IMG/VR virus record: IMGVR_UViG_3300037511_000526
Coordinates: 1-62,955 of that record
Length of the DNA stretch: 62,955 nt
Source: a virus
Lineage: Duplodnaviria; Caudoviricetes
Strand: one strand, 5' to 3'
The notes under the pieces are model-generated. The model saw only the letters and a list, made by a program, of their open reading frames with translations. It searched no databases and was not told the origin of the DNA. Made by a program: the position numbers and the translations under genes. Position 1 is the stretch's first letter, and every line of letters begins with the position of its first letter. Of this stretch, positions 27,741 to 36,932 are shown one piece after another.

Positions 27741-28174
27741 CTTACTTGTTTTAGAATTAAAGTATTTTTTTCGTTCAGTCCTTTTGAGCGCAATAAACTA
27801 TTAAATGACTCTGTGAAATCGGTAGTAGCATTCACATCTGAGTCTTCATCATATATTTTATAATAAACTGGCTCATTCGGATATATAACTTTTTCCACTA
27901 TCTCCTTTGCCACTTCCTCCGTACACTCCCCACTAAGGCAAATGATCTGCCAGGTGCCGGATAATGGTATTCCACCGGTCTTATAGTCATCATCACCTTT
28001 ATGTTTTTCGAGATGCTTTTGCAGCCTATTATAATCCGATAAAATATCATCATTTACCCAAGCCTTGTAATTCGGCTCTTTCCAGATGAGGTAACCCATA
28101 TCAAACTTGAAATTGATTGCCCCTTCCGGTACCTCAACGCCCCACCATTCTCCCCGTAGATTATGTAGTGTCAT
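27737..28174 (-). CDS. Hypothetical protein
   Basis: Operon packing. Confidence 0.6.
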   Translation of the reverse strand: MTLHNLRGEWWGVEVPEGAINFKFDMGYLIWKEPNYKAWVNDDILSDYNRLQKHLEKHKGDDDYKTGGIPLSGTWQIICLSGECTEEVAKEIVEKVIYPNEPVYYKIYDEDSDVNATTDFTESFNSLLRSKGLNEKNTLILKQVR

Positions 28175-28380
28175 GGTTGCTTAATTATTTTTTCAAACAT
28201 TGGGCAAGCCGGATCGTTTGCCTTGATCTTTTTAAGCCCATACGAGGTATTGCGCCCCTTCTGCTTGCCGCAATATTTCATCGATGAATTATACTGGTGC
28301 TCATACATATGAACACAATGCTTGCACCGGTTGGCGGGCTTGTCTTTTGAAACAGGATCAATACTGAATAATGTGTTCAT
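28171..28380 (-). CDS. Cys-rich hypothetical protein
   Basis: CKHC..YC..AC. Confidence 0.6.
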   Translation of the reverse strand: MNTLFSIDPVSKDKPANRCKHCVHMYEHQYNSSMKYCGKQKGRNTSYGLKKIKANDPACPMFEKIIKQP

Positions 28381-28958
28381 CCTTGCTGTGTTTGTGGTGG
28401 TTGAATTGTTTTTGCGTCTATTGCCTGTCCTGAATCAATCAACGAAAACAGATCGAACCTCTGTTTGAGCAGGTAGTGTGTAAGCTTGTGGCAACCTCCG
28501 ACTTTCCATAGTTCTCTTGTCTTCCGCTTGTCAATCTTGTCGCTGTACCATCCTATCTCGATATGACCGACAGTATCAACTTTATTCTTTTCATTGTATA
28601 TTGAAAAGTATTGTCCGCTGGTATATCGATCAGAACTATAACTGGCCCCTATGGTATTGTGATGATGCTGTATTTCAAATGTGAAGTCAGCGCTATTATT
28701 CGGTATTGCGCACAGCAGCTTGCCGCAATGAAGGATTTCATCATCTGTCATGCTGGACAGCCTTCTTAATATGGGCTTTATTGAATCAGTCCAGGAATAT
28801 TCGTCTTCCGGATTTTCGATCCTATATGGCTTAGGGCTGCTGTAATCAATTGATGTGAATATCCATGCTCGATCGTATTGTTCATGTCCTTCAGGGAACC
28901 AGGAATACATGCATCGGCACCCAATAAAATACTGAATAACATCTTTCAGTTGTATCAT
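28377..28958 (-). CDS. Phage hypothetical protein
   Basis: IKPILRRLSSMT..YLLKQRFDLFSLIDSG.AID motifs. Confidence 0.65.
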   Translation of the reverse strand: MIQLKDVIQYFIGCRCMYSWFPEGHEQYDRAWIFTSIDYSSPKPYRIENPEDEYSWTDSIKPILRRLSSMTDDEILHCGKLLCAIPNNSADFTFEIQHHHNTIGASYSSDRYTSGQYFSIYNEKNKVDTVGHIEIGWYSDKIDKRKTRELWKVGGCHKLTHYLLKQRFDLFSLIDSGQAIDAKTIQPPQTQQG

Positions 28959-28960
28959 GG

Positions 28961-29254
28961 TTATTGTGTTTTTATTTTAGTACTCCAAACCGTCACCGGC
29001 GCCTTCAGCACCCTTTTGCGATCATCCAAATACACGGTATCACGGCCCTTTATTATCGCATATCCTTCGTAGCTGTGGGCGATCTGCATGCGGCCGCGGG
29101 TGATCAGGAAAGTAGCCCGAACGGTATCTGCTTTGAATACCAGCTGGGCTGGCCGGTTGAAGTCGATCTCTGCGACGATATTGTTTTTCCGGTCCTGTGC
29201 ATAGGTACCACCGGTGCAGAAGAAGATGTAAAGGGAGAAAAGTATCTTTTTCAT
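28961..29254 (-). CDS. Secreted hypothetical protein
   Basis: Signal peptide ending TYA-Q; two DTV sequons. Confidence 0.6.
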   Translation of the reverse strand: MKKILFSLYIFFCTGGTYAQDRKNNIVAEIDFNRPAQLVFKADTVRATFLITRGRMQIAHSYEGYAIIKGRDTVYLDDRKRVLKAPVTVWSTKIKTQ

Positions 29255-29544
29255 TGTGTTATTCCTTTAAATTTTATGGCTCCCTTTTCTGGATGGCGAT
29301 AATTCATAAGGGGATCATGAACATACCGTCCGTTGCCATCCTTCAATTTCACCCAATAACGGCCTTCTTTGGGTCGCCAATCGATCGTATTATCGAGTTG
29401 CTGCAGGCATTCCGCCATTCGCACTTGCCATTCATGTGGCATTGCCTGCATTACAGAGCGTGGTATGGTGAGATACTGAGCATAGCTGAGCTCGAACCAG
29501 AGATGTATTGGCTCGGCTGATTCCTTGTAGACGTCTAAATTCAT
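29251..29544 (-). CDS. Hypothetical protein (start MNLDVY)
   Basis: IHLWFELSYAQYLTIPRSVMQAMP.EWQ. Confidence 0.7.
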   Translation of the reverse strand: MNLDVYKESAEPIHLWFELSYAQYLTIPRSVMQAMPHEWQVRMAECLQQLDNTIDWRPKEGRYWVKLKDGNGRYVHDPLMNYRHPEKGAIKFKGITQ

Positions 29545-29651
29545 GGCCTGTTGTATTTTGATTGTGAACAATTAGCCGGGCAACCGTACTTAACCGGTGC
29601 GCAGGATGTCTCGATCAGCGCGATCGCTAGGGCGATAATGAGTAGTTTCAT
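29541..29651 (-). CDS. Small putative lipoprotein (36 aa, not in ORF track)
   Basis: MKLLIIALAIALIETSCAPVKYGCPANCSQSKYNRP; lipobox-like TSC; ATGA coupling to the next gene. Confidence 0.55.
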   Translation of the reverse strand: MKLLIIALAIALIETSCAPVKYGCPANCSQSKYNRP

Positions 29652-29652
29652 A

Positions 29653-30174
29653 TTAATAGTTTATTTTGTCCGACCAGCAAATTATCTGGCCGCTGAATAC
29701 CTGGTCTTTTTTCTTCGGATGAATAGTGAACCAGTTGATAAAATCCTCAACGGTAAGCGCGTCATTGGCAGCAATTATTTTTAGACCATGAACCTCAGGG
29801 TCAAAGGTGCCGCTTCCAACGCCGGGCAATTGCCATAAGGGTTCACCGGCAATGACACGAAGATTAAATTCCCACACCTTCTTAACCTCCACCTGTGCAA
29901 ATTCAATTTGCTTACTTCGGTACGCTTTCTCCGACCACACACGCAGGCTTGCCATGTCACCCGGTTTCCAACGGTTGCCGGCGCGGATGGTGTGGTGTTT
30001 GGGCCAGGTACAATTGTAGTACTCATGCCAGTTGTATATAGTGAAATGATCATTCATCTTCCATCCTGGTTGGCAGTCTGCCAGACCGGCCATGATCTTT
30101 TCGACGAAGAAAGTAGGCTGTCCTGCTTTCGGATGGCCTTTGGGGAAGAAGCGGGAAAATATGATTACTTTCAT
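29653..30174 (-). CDS. ASCH/PUA-like domain protein
   Basis: KHHTIR..WKPGD..WS..Y.S; IAANDAL..F..WF. Confidence 0.65.
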   Translation of the reverse strand: MKVIIFSRFFPKGHPKAGQPTFFVEKIMAGLADCQPGWKMNDHFTIYNWHEYYNCTWPKHHTIRAGNRWKPGDMASLRVWSEKAYRSKQIEFAQVEVKKVWEFNLRVIAGEPLWQLPGVGSGTFDPEVHGLKIIAANDALTVEDFINWFTIHPKKKDQVFSGQIICWSDKINY

Positions 30175-30866
30175 GTAGTTGTATTTAAAAGTCGTATTTT
30201 ACAGTTCGCTTCAAATACAGCCCTTGCAAATGCTTCAGGGGTTTCACTTCTTTCATCCTGCCGCCCTTCTCCTGGTGAAGCCAGCCAGATCTTTTCGATT
30301 ACGCCCGGAGGCTCAGTTTCATAAATAAACTTCGGCATAACAAATCCGTTGCCAGTCCACAGGCAGGTCTTCTTTGTCCATAAATCGCCGTAATTCCACG
30401 GTTGGAAGTAATGATCAGGTCGTCTGTGATGCGTCGGAATTACTCCCACTGGATTTTCGCACAAGTAAGGGGCTCCACTCCAGGAAGCTATTTGTTCGCA
30501 TGAATTAAATAGGCTGAGCGCCTCCATCAGCATAGGGATATCTTTCATTGGTCTGCCATTTTTACCTGAATAGTCCTGGGCGCCACTGCCGGCAACATGG
30601 GTACATACCGGGAAGCAGGCCACGAATGCTATATAATACTTCAGAAAAAAGTCAGCATCAAAGTGCAACGGGGTCCAGCTTCTGGCATCACCAAAAACAA
30701 AATGAATTTCTCCGCAGCCCTCAAACCTTTCAACCTTATGCTGCCCTTTCTTTGTTGCACGAATAGAGTGCTGGATGTCTACGCAGATGCAGGTAAATCC
30801 ATTCTCTGCCCATGGTCTGGCCATAATTCCGGATTTGTCGCACATAGATATCATTACTGGTTTCAT
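30171..30866 (-). CDS. Cytosine-C5 DNA methyltransferase-like protein
   Basis: SMCDKSG, CVDI, FPVCT (motif IV), ENPVG (motif VI), KKTCLW, RSETP. Confidence 0.7.
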   Translation of the reverse strand: MKPVMISMCDKSGIMARPWAENGFTCICVDIQHSIRATKKGQHKVERFEGCGEIHFVFGDARSWTPLHFDADFFLKYYIAFVACFPVCTHVAGSGAQDYSGKNGRPMKDIPMLMEALSLFNSCEQIASWSGAPYLCENPVGVIPTHHRRPDHYFQPWNYGDLWTKKTCLWTGNGFVMPKFIYETEPPGVIEKIWLASPGEGRQDERSETPEAFARAVFEANCKIRLLNTTT

Positions 30867-31246
30867 AACTTCTTCAATTCATTTTTGTAATACCTAATCA
30901 ACACCTCCACCTCTCCTCGCGACCACTTTTTCACGCCTCTGGATCTGCTTTCCAGGATCAGTACTCTTTGTTCGCCGTAGCGGGAGACGAGGCCCTGGCG
31001 GTAGCGAATGAGGTTGCCGGAAAGGAAGGTGTTACAACGCGCACAGCAACCGTTCACATTTAACTCGTCGAACCGTAGCGCACTGTGGTGGCCTTGCGAA
31101 AAATAGTGGCCGGCGTGTTCTACCTGACCCTTGCAGCGGTCTGAGATGCATCCTTTGTCCTTGTCGCGTGCCCGGATATACGCATTGAAAACCTTTTGGC
31201 AATCGGCGAGCAGGCGCGGGAGAGGTTTGGGAGATTGCGTTTTCAT
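30863..31246 (-). CDS. ninG: NinG/Rap-like recombination endonuclease
   Basis: FNAYIRARD..CIS..AGHY..LRFDELNVNG.C.RCN..SGN..YR.GL. Confidence 0.85.
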   Translation of the reverse strand: MKTQSPKPLPRLLADCQKVFNAYIRARDKDKGCISDRCKGQVEHAGHYFSQGHHSALRFDELNVNGCCARCNTFLSGNLIRYRQGLVSRYGEQRVLILESRSRGVKKWSRGEVEVLIRYYKNELKKL

Positions 31247-31247
31247 G

Positions 31248-32750
31248 TTAAAATGTTATTTCCTCCTTGTTGTCATCGGCATACGGTAAACTGACAGGGC
31301 GCCATGTGCTTGTCGGTGCGATTTGTGGAAAGCCGTTTCCATCCCAATCAAAAAATTTTTGTATGCCCAGGTTAGCGCGCAACTTTATCGTGTCCAATGA
31401 TCCGTTTCGGTGTTTCGCAATCTTCACATGCGTTTCACCTTTTGTTGATTCGCCCATCTCACTTGACTGTTCACCGTAGTATTCGGGCCGGTAAAGAAAC
31501 ATGACCATATCCGCATCCTGCTCTATGGCACCAGATTCACGCAAATCTGAAAGTTGTGGCATCTTTTTTTCACCTGCCCTTTGCTCGGTTGCCCGTGAAA
31601 GCTGCGAAAGCGCGATAACTGGCAAGTGCAGTTCTTTTGCTATCTGCTTTAACCCTCGGCTGATCTCTGAAATTTCCTGTTCACGGTTTCCCTTTTTACC
31701 GGTGCCGCTCATTAGCTGCAGGTAGTCTACTACAATCAATCCATCGTCAGTTCCGAACTGCCGAAGCCAAAGTCTTTTTAACCGGCGGCACCTGGCGCGC
31801 AGTTCGAAAATCGACAAGGCTGCTGTATCATCAATGAAAAATTTAGCGTTCACTAATTTCTGAATAGCCTTTGCGTACAGCGTCGCCATTTGCCCATCAT
31901 CCAGATTACCATTTTGAATGTTATCCAGATACATTCCGCTTTCCGCTGAAATATTTCTGTTTGTTAATTGCAGTGTTGACATCTCAAGAGAAAAGAAAGC
32001 GACCGGTACCGGTTTTAAAGCGTTTAGAGCCCCATTCCTTGCAATCTGTAGTGCGAGTGCAGTTTTCCCTACCGCAGGTCTGGCAGCAAGAATTATAAGG
32101 TCCGTAGGCTGCCAGCCATGCGTTATACGATCAAGATCAGCAAATCCACTTGGCACACCCGTAATATGTTCATTTTTCAGCCGGAGCGCTTCAATCCGGT
32201 TTATCGATTCCATCAACGCTACATCCATCGTAACATATGATTTCGCAATCCCGCCGGTTGCAAGTTCTGTAAATTGCTTTTCGTGCTGTTCCATTAACTC
32301 GAATACATCTGTCGTGCTTTCGTATGCAGATGTAAGCACCTCCCCGCTAATCCTGATCATTTCGCGTGCTAAAAACTTTTGCTTTATGATCCGGGAGTGC
32401 GATTCAACATTGGCGCCCGAAACTACAGAGCTAGTAAGCTGAGTTACATAGTAGGGGCCGCCGATGTTTTCAAGTTCGCCCATGGAGCTTAATTGTTCTA
32501 CCACGGTCCTGATATCGATAGGGATGTTCTTTTGATTCATTTCAACCATGGCCCGATATATCCGCTGATGCGCGTCTACATAAAACGATTCTGGTTTCAG
32601 AATTTCCAATGCAATGTCAAACGCATCGCGTTCAAGCATGATCGCTCCGAGTACAGCTATTTCGATTTCCCTAGCCTGGGGTGGCACTTTGCCGAAAACC
32701 ATGGTACTCAAATCAATCGGAGGTTTTCTATTTTCCCTTTTAGTTTGCAT
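31248..32750 (-). CDS. dnaB: Replicative DNA helicase (start MQTKRE)
   Basis: AARPAVGKT, FFSLEMS, VDYLQL, LSQLSR, SDLRESGAIEQDAD, AKHRNG. Confidence 0.97.
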   Translation of the reverse strand: MQTKRENRKPPIDLSTMVFGKVPPQAREIEIAVLGAIMLERDAFDIALEILKPESFYVDAHQRIYRAMVEMNQKNIPIDIRTVVEQLSSMGELENIGGPYYVTQLTSSVVSGANVESHSRIIKQKFLAREMIRISGEVLTSAYESTTDVFELMEQHEKQFTELATGGIAKSYVTMDVALMESINRIEALRLKNEHITGVPSGFADLDRITHGWQPTDLIILAARPAVGKTALALQIARNGALNALKPVPVAFFSLEMSTLQLTNRNISAESGMYLDNIQNGNLDDGQMATLYAKAIQKLVNAKFFIDDTAALSIFELRARCRRLKRLWLRQFGTDDGLIVVDYLQLMSGTGKKGNREQEISEISRGLKQIAKELHLPVIALSQLSRATEQRAGEKKMPQLSDLRESGAIEQDADMVMFLYRPEYYGEQSSEMGESTKGETHVKIAKHRNGSLDTIKLRANLGIQKFFDWDGNGFPQIAPTSTWRPVSLPYADDNKEEITF

Positions 32751-33640
32751 TAGTTCGTATTGTTTCGATATTTGCCCTCTATGATTTTCAGGTAATTCGT
32801 ATCGTTTTCCATGATCCAATCCCAATCTACCTTCCAGTCGGTACTTTTCCCTTGCAGGTAATGGCTGTTTTTAATCTCAGAAAGAATTTTGATGAAGTCG
32901 AAAGCGGGTTCCCGGATACGTGATTTGAATTTCTTCAGTCTGCTGTCAGAAATCACTTCCACCTGTGATATTCCGTAGGCTTTAACCGTCACATTCCAGA
33001 TATCGCAGTAAGGCTCAATGAATTTGGGTGAGTTATCGAGTATAAATCCAGCCAATTTTGTTTTCTGCTCTGCGACTTGGGGCAGTTGTTGCACCACCAT
33101 CAGCAGTTCTGCATATTGGTTTTTTAGCTCGGTTTCCTTTTCCTTCTCGACGTGCAGTTTGGGCCGGCGTGGTTCTTTTCCGGGCAAAAGGTTTTCAGAC
33201 TTTCCAAAAGTCTTTTCTTCTTCCTTATCCTTATCCTCTTCTTGTCTTTTCTTTTCCTGTAGGGTATCAGATACCCTACAACCTACCCTACCGGGTACCC
33301 TATCCATCAATCCATACTTTTTTAAAAGAATTATTATTTTCCGATGCGGAACACATGATTCAGATAATTGACCGTATTGAAATTCGCAGAAACCAGTAAT
33401 CCATATCTTATCATCATTGTAAATTTCCAGCCTTAGCTTGTCCCGATTTACCGCATCCATGAATTCAGTAAGGATAATTTCTTCACCAATGAAGAATGCC
33501 AATGCATCCATATCAATCGACCACATACCGGCCTCATCGCACTCATCACATAAAAAATCCCATGTACATTTAAAAGCTGGTTTTAACTTACGGTACCAGG
33601 CTTCACGGCTTAGTTTTGTATCCCGGAATCGTTTTGCCAT
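32750..33640 (-). CDS. Phage replication initiator protein
   Basis: Upstream of dnaB; N-terminal MAKRF.DT, internal iterons, C-terminal DW....NY.KI.EG.Y. Confidence 0.8.
   Translation of the reverse strand: MAKRFRDTKLSREAWYRKLKPAFKCTWDFLCDECDEAGMWSIDMDALAFFIGEEIILTEFMDAVNRDKLRLEIYNDDKIWITGFCEFQYGQLSESCVPHRKIIILLKKYGLMDRVPGRVGCRVSDTLQEKKRQEEDKDKEEEKTFGKSENLLPGKEPRRPKLHVEKEKETELKNQYAELLMVVQQLPQVAEQKTKLAGFILDNSPKFIEPYCDIWNVTVKAYGISQVEVISDSRLKKFKSRIREPAFDFIKILSEIKNSHYLQGKSTDWKVDWDWIMENDTNYLKIIEGKYRNNTN
33258..33303. repeat. Putative origin of replication iterons
   Basis: TACCCTA at 33272, 33284, 33296 (12-bp period) plus palindrome TGTAGGGTATC-A-GATACCCTACA, within the initiator gene. Confidence 0.7.
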
Positions 33641-34096
33641 TTATAGGTTAATTAGATTTTGAGTACTATTAAACATTGCATAAGCCTCTTCAATTGTTTT
33701 TCTCCGAAGATTAATGATAAAACTTACTCCATCGCCTCCGTACGAAAAAATTGATAGTGTGGGACCAAACTCGACGTGATCGTATAAGATCATTAGGACG
33801 TAAATATTCTTATCATAAAGGAATCTTTTTGTGCACTTTAAGGGAGGACCGAGTTCGCTAAAACTTTTCAGAGATTCTACGGCGGAGTGGCAATGCTTGC
33901 AGTATGTAATAAGGCTTGTTAACTCATAGTCCCATGGCTCACTACCAGCAGTATATACTTTATGGTGAACGTGTAGTTCCGTTTCTGTATCTCCACAAAG
34001 AATGCAGGCAAAACCGTCTCGCTGTAACACTTCTAATCTCTTGCGCTGCCATCTTGGATCTTTCAATTTTTCCGAATATGATTTTCGTTTTGCCAT
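33641..34096 (-). CDS. HNH endonuclease-like protein
   Basis: DPRWQRKRLEVLQRDGFAC..C..LHVHH..Y..C..CH. Confidence 0.85.
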   Translation of the reverse strand: MAKRKSYSEKLKDPRWQRKRLEVLQRDGFACILCGDTETELHVHHKVYTAGSEPWDYELTSLITYCKHCHSAVESLKSFSELGPPLKCTKRFLYDKNIYVLMILYDHVEFGPTLSIFSYGGDGVSFIINLRRKTIEEAYAMFNSTQNLINL

Positions 34097-34130
34097 CTAT
34101 TCAGTTTTTTAAGGCGTGGAGTTTTTAACA

Positions 34131-34736
34131 TCATATTATTCTGAGCTTCGGCATGATCATTGGAACTTCTAGCCAGTCAAAAAATTCCTGTTCCGATCCC
34201 CATACCGGCGGTCTTTCGGCCTGGTCGTTCATGCACACCCATTTACTTTTACCGTCTACTTGTTTATGTTCAATGCAATCCTTCATTAATCTCAGCCCCT
34301 TGTCAGATCCGCACCAGCCTTTACGTCGCCAGGCGGTTGCGATTGTTCGGGCCGCATAGTCAGCCGAGCCGGTCCTAATCGCGTATTGTCGGTAATAGTC
34401 ATCCGAATCGGGCATGAATAGGTCCAGATTGATTCGCTGATGCAGTTGTATCTGCATATATCTGCCATCAGGTTTGCCTTTAATAATCTTACCGAGTGAC
34501 TTAATAACTTCGACAAAATTTTGGCTGATCACTTTTTCAACGATCACATCGGCGAACAGACTTTCCTGACTAGCATCTATGTACCTGGGCAGGCATACTA
34601 ATTCTATGTCCTTAACATCGGGCTTCTGTCTTCTTATCGATCCGGCGATATTCAATCGATTACAGAATGGCTGTAGTCTAGTGCCTATTTTTATTGCAAT
34701 TTCTTTTGCTTCGCTAAGTCTCATGTTACAAACCAT
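34131..34736 (-). CDS. Family X DNA polymerase-like nucleotidyltransferase (palm/thumb only)
   Basis: IAGSIRR.K..VKDIELV, LDLF, RTGSA, SEQEFF..L. Confidence 0.8.
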   Translation of the reverse strand: MVCNMRLSEAKEIAIKIGTRLQPFCNRLNIAGSIRRQKPDVKDIELVCLPRYIDASQESLFADVIVEKVISQNFVEVIKSLGKIIKGKPDGRYMQIQLHQRINLDLFMPDSDDYYRQYAIRTGSADYAARTIATAWRRKGWCGSDKGLRLMKDCIEHKQVDGKSKWVCMNDQAERPPVWGSEQEFFDWLEVPMIMPKLRII

Positions 34737-34771
34737 TTAAACGTTTGTAGGGCCGGATTAAAAACCAGTAA

Positions 34772-35188
34772 TCACGCTTCAGCCAATTTCTCAATCTCAT
34801 AATGTATTGCCAGCATATCGTCATGAATAAGGATATCATTTGTATCTGCCAGTTCATTCACTTTTTCGATTGAGTGAATCACCGTGGTGTGATCCTTTCC
34901 TCCCATCCTGGTTCCGATCTGTTTTAAGGTCATGCCGGTGCAGATCTTTGCATAATAAGCAATCAAATGTCGAGTTATTACTATCTCCCGCTTACGGGTC
35001 TTCCTGTAAACCTTATTCGGATCCTGTTTTCGAATGCTGCAGATAATTGCTTCAATCTGATCGAATGTCATTTTGTTGTTCGGCTGCTTCATCACCAGGA
35101 GCAGTACAGATTCGTTTCCGGTTAACTTCTTGATACGCCTTTCTGACTGCGCAATAATCTTTTTCACTTTGGGGTGGGATATTTGCAT
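34772..35188 (-). CDS. DnaA C-terminal (domain IV) DNA-binding protein
   Basis: RKREIV..R....Y....T..TLKQIG..MGGKDHTTVIHS. Confidence 0.9.
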   Translation of the reverse strand: MQISHPKVKKIIAQSERRIKKLTGNESVLLLVMKQPNNKMTFDQIEAIICSIRKQDPNKVYRKTRKREIVITRHLIAYYAKICTGMTLKQIGTRMGGKDHTTVIHSIEKVNELADTNDILIHDDMLAIHYEIEKLAEA

Positions 35189-35209
35189 ATAATATCGGTT
35201 GGGTTCTAC

Positions 35210-35581
35210 TTACACTTTATAATCATCTTCATAATCGTAGTCATACTCGAACTGTGCCCGCCAGTTTTCATCTTCGTACTGCTTCAGCTTTGCTATTTCG
35301 CCTATAGTCCGATCGTTGGGGTCTTTTGCTTTTATCCGTTTGCATTCTTCCTCAAAGTTCCTCATAAGATACCCGCCGTCCTGGCGCTTACTTGCGCATG
35401 ATTTCGCTATCTTATATTGCTCGACAGCCTTATCGACGAGACGCATGCAGTCTTTACGGGTGTTGTCAATTTCTGTATTTGTGATTCCGTTGTCACTTTC
35501 GATCGACATTGCAACTTCAAAATGGCAATAGTCAAAGCTGCGCATAACTTTTACAGATGCTGATTTTGTGATGGTTGACAT
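35210..35581 (-). CDS. Hypothetical protein
   Basis: SVKVMRSFDYCHFEV. Confidence 0.7.
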   Translation of the reverse strand: MSTITKSASVKVMRSFDYCHFEVAMSIESDNGITNTEIDNTRKDCMRLVDKAVEQYKIAKSCASKRQDGGYLMRNFEEECKRIKAKDPNDRTIGEIAKLKQYEDENWRAQFEYDYDYEDDYKV

Positions 35582-35589
35582 AGTGTTAT

Positions 35590-36150
35590 TTATGTAAGTG
35601 AAAAATCAATCGTCGCCTCTTCCTCGCTGATCTTCATTGGCATAATACCCATGAAACCTTTGGCCTCACCAGAGGGAAAGAATACCATCATGTCGTTATT
35701 TTCGTAGAACCGGCAGATCAGGTTTTCGGATGGGAATAACTTTGCCGCCAGGCTGATGAACTTTGGGTTAAAGCAGACAAACGACTTTTTATCGAAGATG
35801 CTTTTCGCTACCGCATCAATGATGCTTTTGTGATCCGGAAACTTGAATTCGCAGGCAATGTTGTAATCGGCTTTAATGCCACCTTTTTCAACATGCAGAG
35901 TATCTTCTTTCACGGAAATAGTATCGGCGTCTTCGATAGCCTCCCATACGTCACAGTGGATCAGTTTACCGTTTAGTTGTCGTATGGTTTCGTCGTCCAA
36001 CTTTGAGTACTGTTTAAGGTTCAACTGAGCGATCACATGGGCGTTAGTGGCCGTTGCAATCCCGTCAATGATCTCGATGTGTTGCAGGGCCGGACGTAGT
36101 TCGTCATCGCTGCAGGCTAAGTGTAGGGGCGGTAAAGTCTTTTTTGACAT
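35590..36150 (-). CDS. Sliding (beta) clamp-like domain protein
   Basis: DDELRPAL..I..ATATNAH, FPD...II, FNPKFI, IMPM resemble DnaN domain motifs. Confidence 0.65.
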   Translation of the reverse strand: MSKKTLPPLHLACSDDELRPALQHIEIIDGIATATNAHVIAQLNLKQYSKLDDETIRQLNGKLIHCDVWEAIEDADTISVKEDTLHVEKGGIKADYNIACEFKFPDHKSIIDAVAKSIFDKKSFVCFNPKFISLAAKLFPSENLICRFYENNDMMVFFPSGEAKGFMGIMPMKISEEEATIDFSLT

Positions 36151-36155
36151 GAGAA

Positions 36156-36440
36156 TTATTTGAAGTGGTTAAAAATATACTGTTCAATATCCGGTATCCT
36201 GAATGTCTTGCCCGGCCTGTTATTCTTATACCAACATGCCTTTTGCGTTGACGGCCAATAGTCCATTCTACCTTTCTTTACATGAAACAAACTGAAATGA
36301 TATTCACTATGTTGGGTGATTTTAAAATCAAGATCCTCTGCCAGAAACAGAACCACATCGGTATTCCACTTTAATCGTTTAGCCTTCACCTTCTTTGATT
36401 CCTCCCTCATTTGCTCGTACATGTCACCTATCTCACTCAT
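36156..36440 (-). CDS. Hypothetical protein
   Basis: MSEIGD..DYWPST.K. Confidence 0.65.
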   Translation of the reverse strand: MSEIGDMYEQMREESKKVKAKRLKWNTDVVLFLAEDLDFKITQHSEYHFSLFHVKKGRMDYWPSTQKACWYKNNRPGKTFRIPDIEQYIFNHFK

Positions 36441-36494
36441 TTTAATTTTTCGTTTTATTAATATTCACAACTTTCGATGTGTTGGGTCAACGGA

Positions 36495-36932
36495 TTAAAA
36501 TTGCATTGTCAAATCCTGATTCGGGTCTGGAATCTCTAACCCGAGAAAATCACTGGCCCACATCCTGATCCGATCTACATATTCTGCGAACTGTGTTTTA
36601 GTCAGCATGGCCGTGCTCTTCGGTAATTCCATCACTTCTCCGTGTTCACTTACAATCTGCTCATAATTGAACTTCAACTTCATCAGTTCGTGTACATCTT
36701 CATCTTGAATCCATGTGTGACCAAGTTCGCGCAGGCGCAGGGTTATCTCTTTAACTACTACGCCGAAATAGTACCGGTTTTGCGGGCTGCTACGCTTACT
36801 ACTCTTGCGCTCGAACCTGATTACAACGTTCTTTCCAGGATAATGCCTCGCCCATTCAACAAGCCGGTCGCGGTTCTGGACGTGGAGAACGCCAGCGTCA
36901 TCGATATGGCCGTTTAGTTCGAGGCGTTCCAT
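36495..36932 (-). CDS. NinB-like recombination protein
   Basis: RS.PQNRYYFGVV..HE.MK..ST..L...F.EY...I. Confidence 0.7.
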   Translation of the reverse strand: MERLELNGHIDDAGVLHVQNRDRLVEWARHYPGKNVVIRFERKSSKRSSPQNRYYFGVVVKEITLRLRELGHTWIQDEDVHELMKLKFNYEQIVSEHGEVMELPKSTAMLTKTQFAEYVDRIRMWASDFLGLEIPDPNQDLTMQF

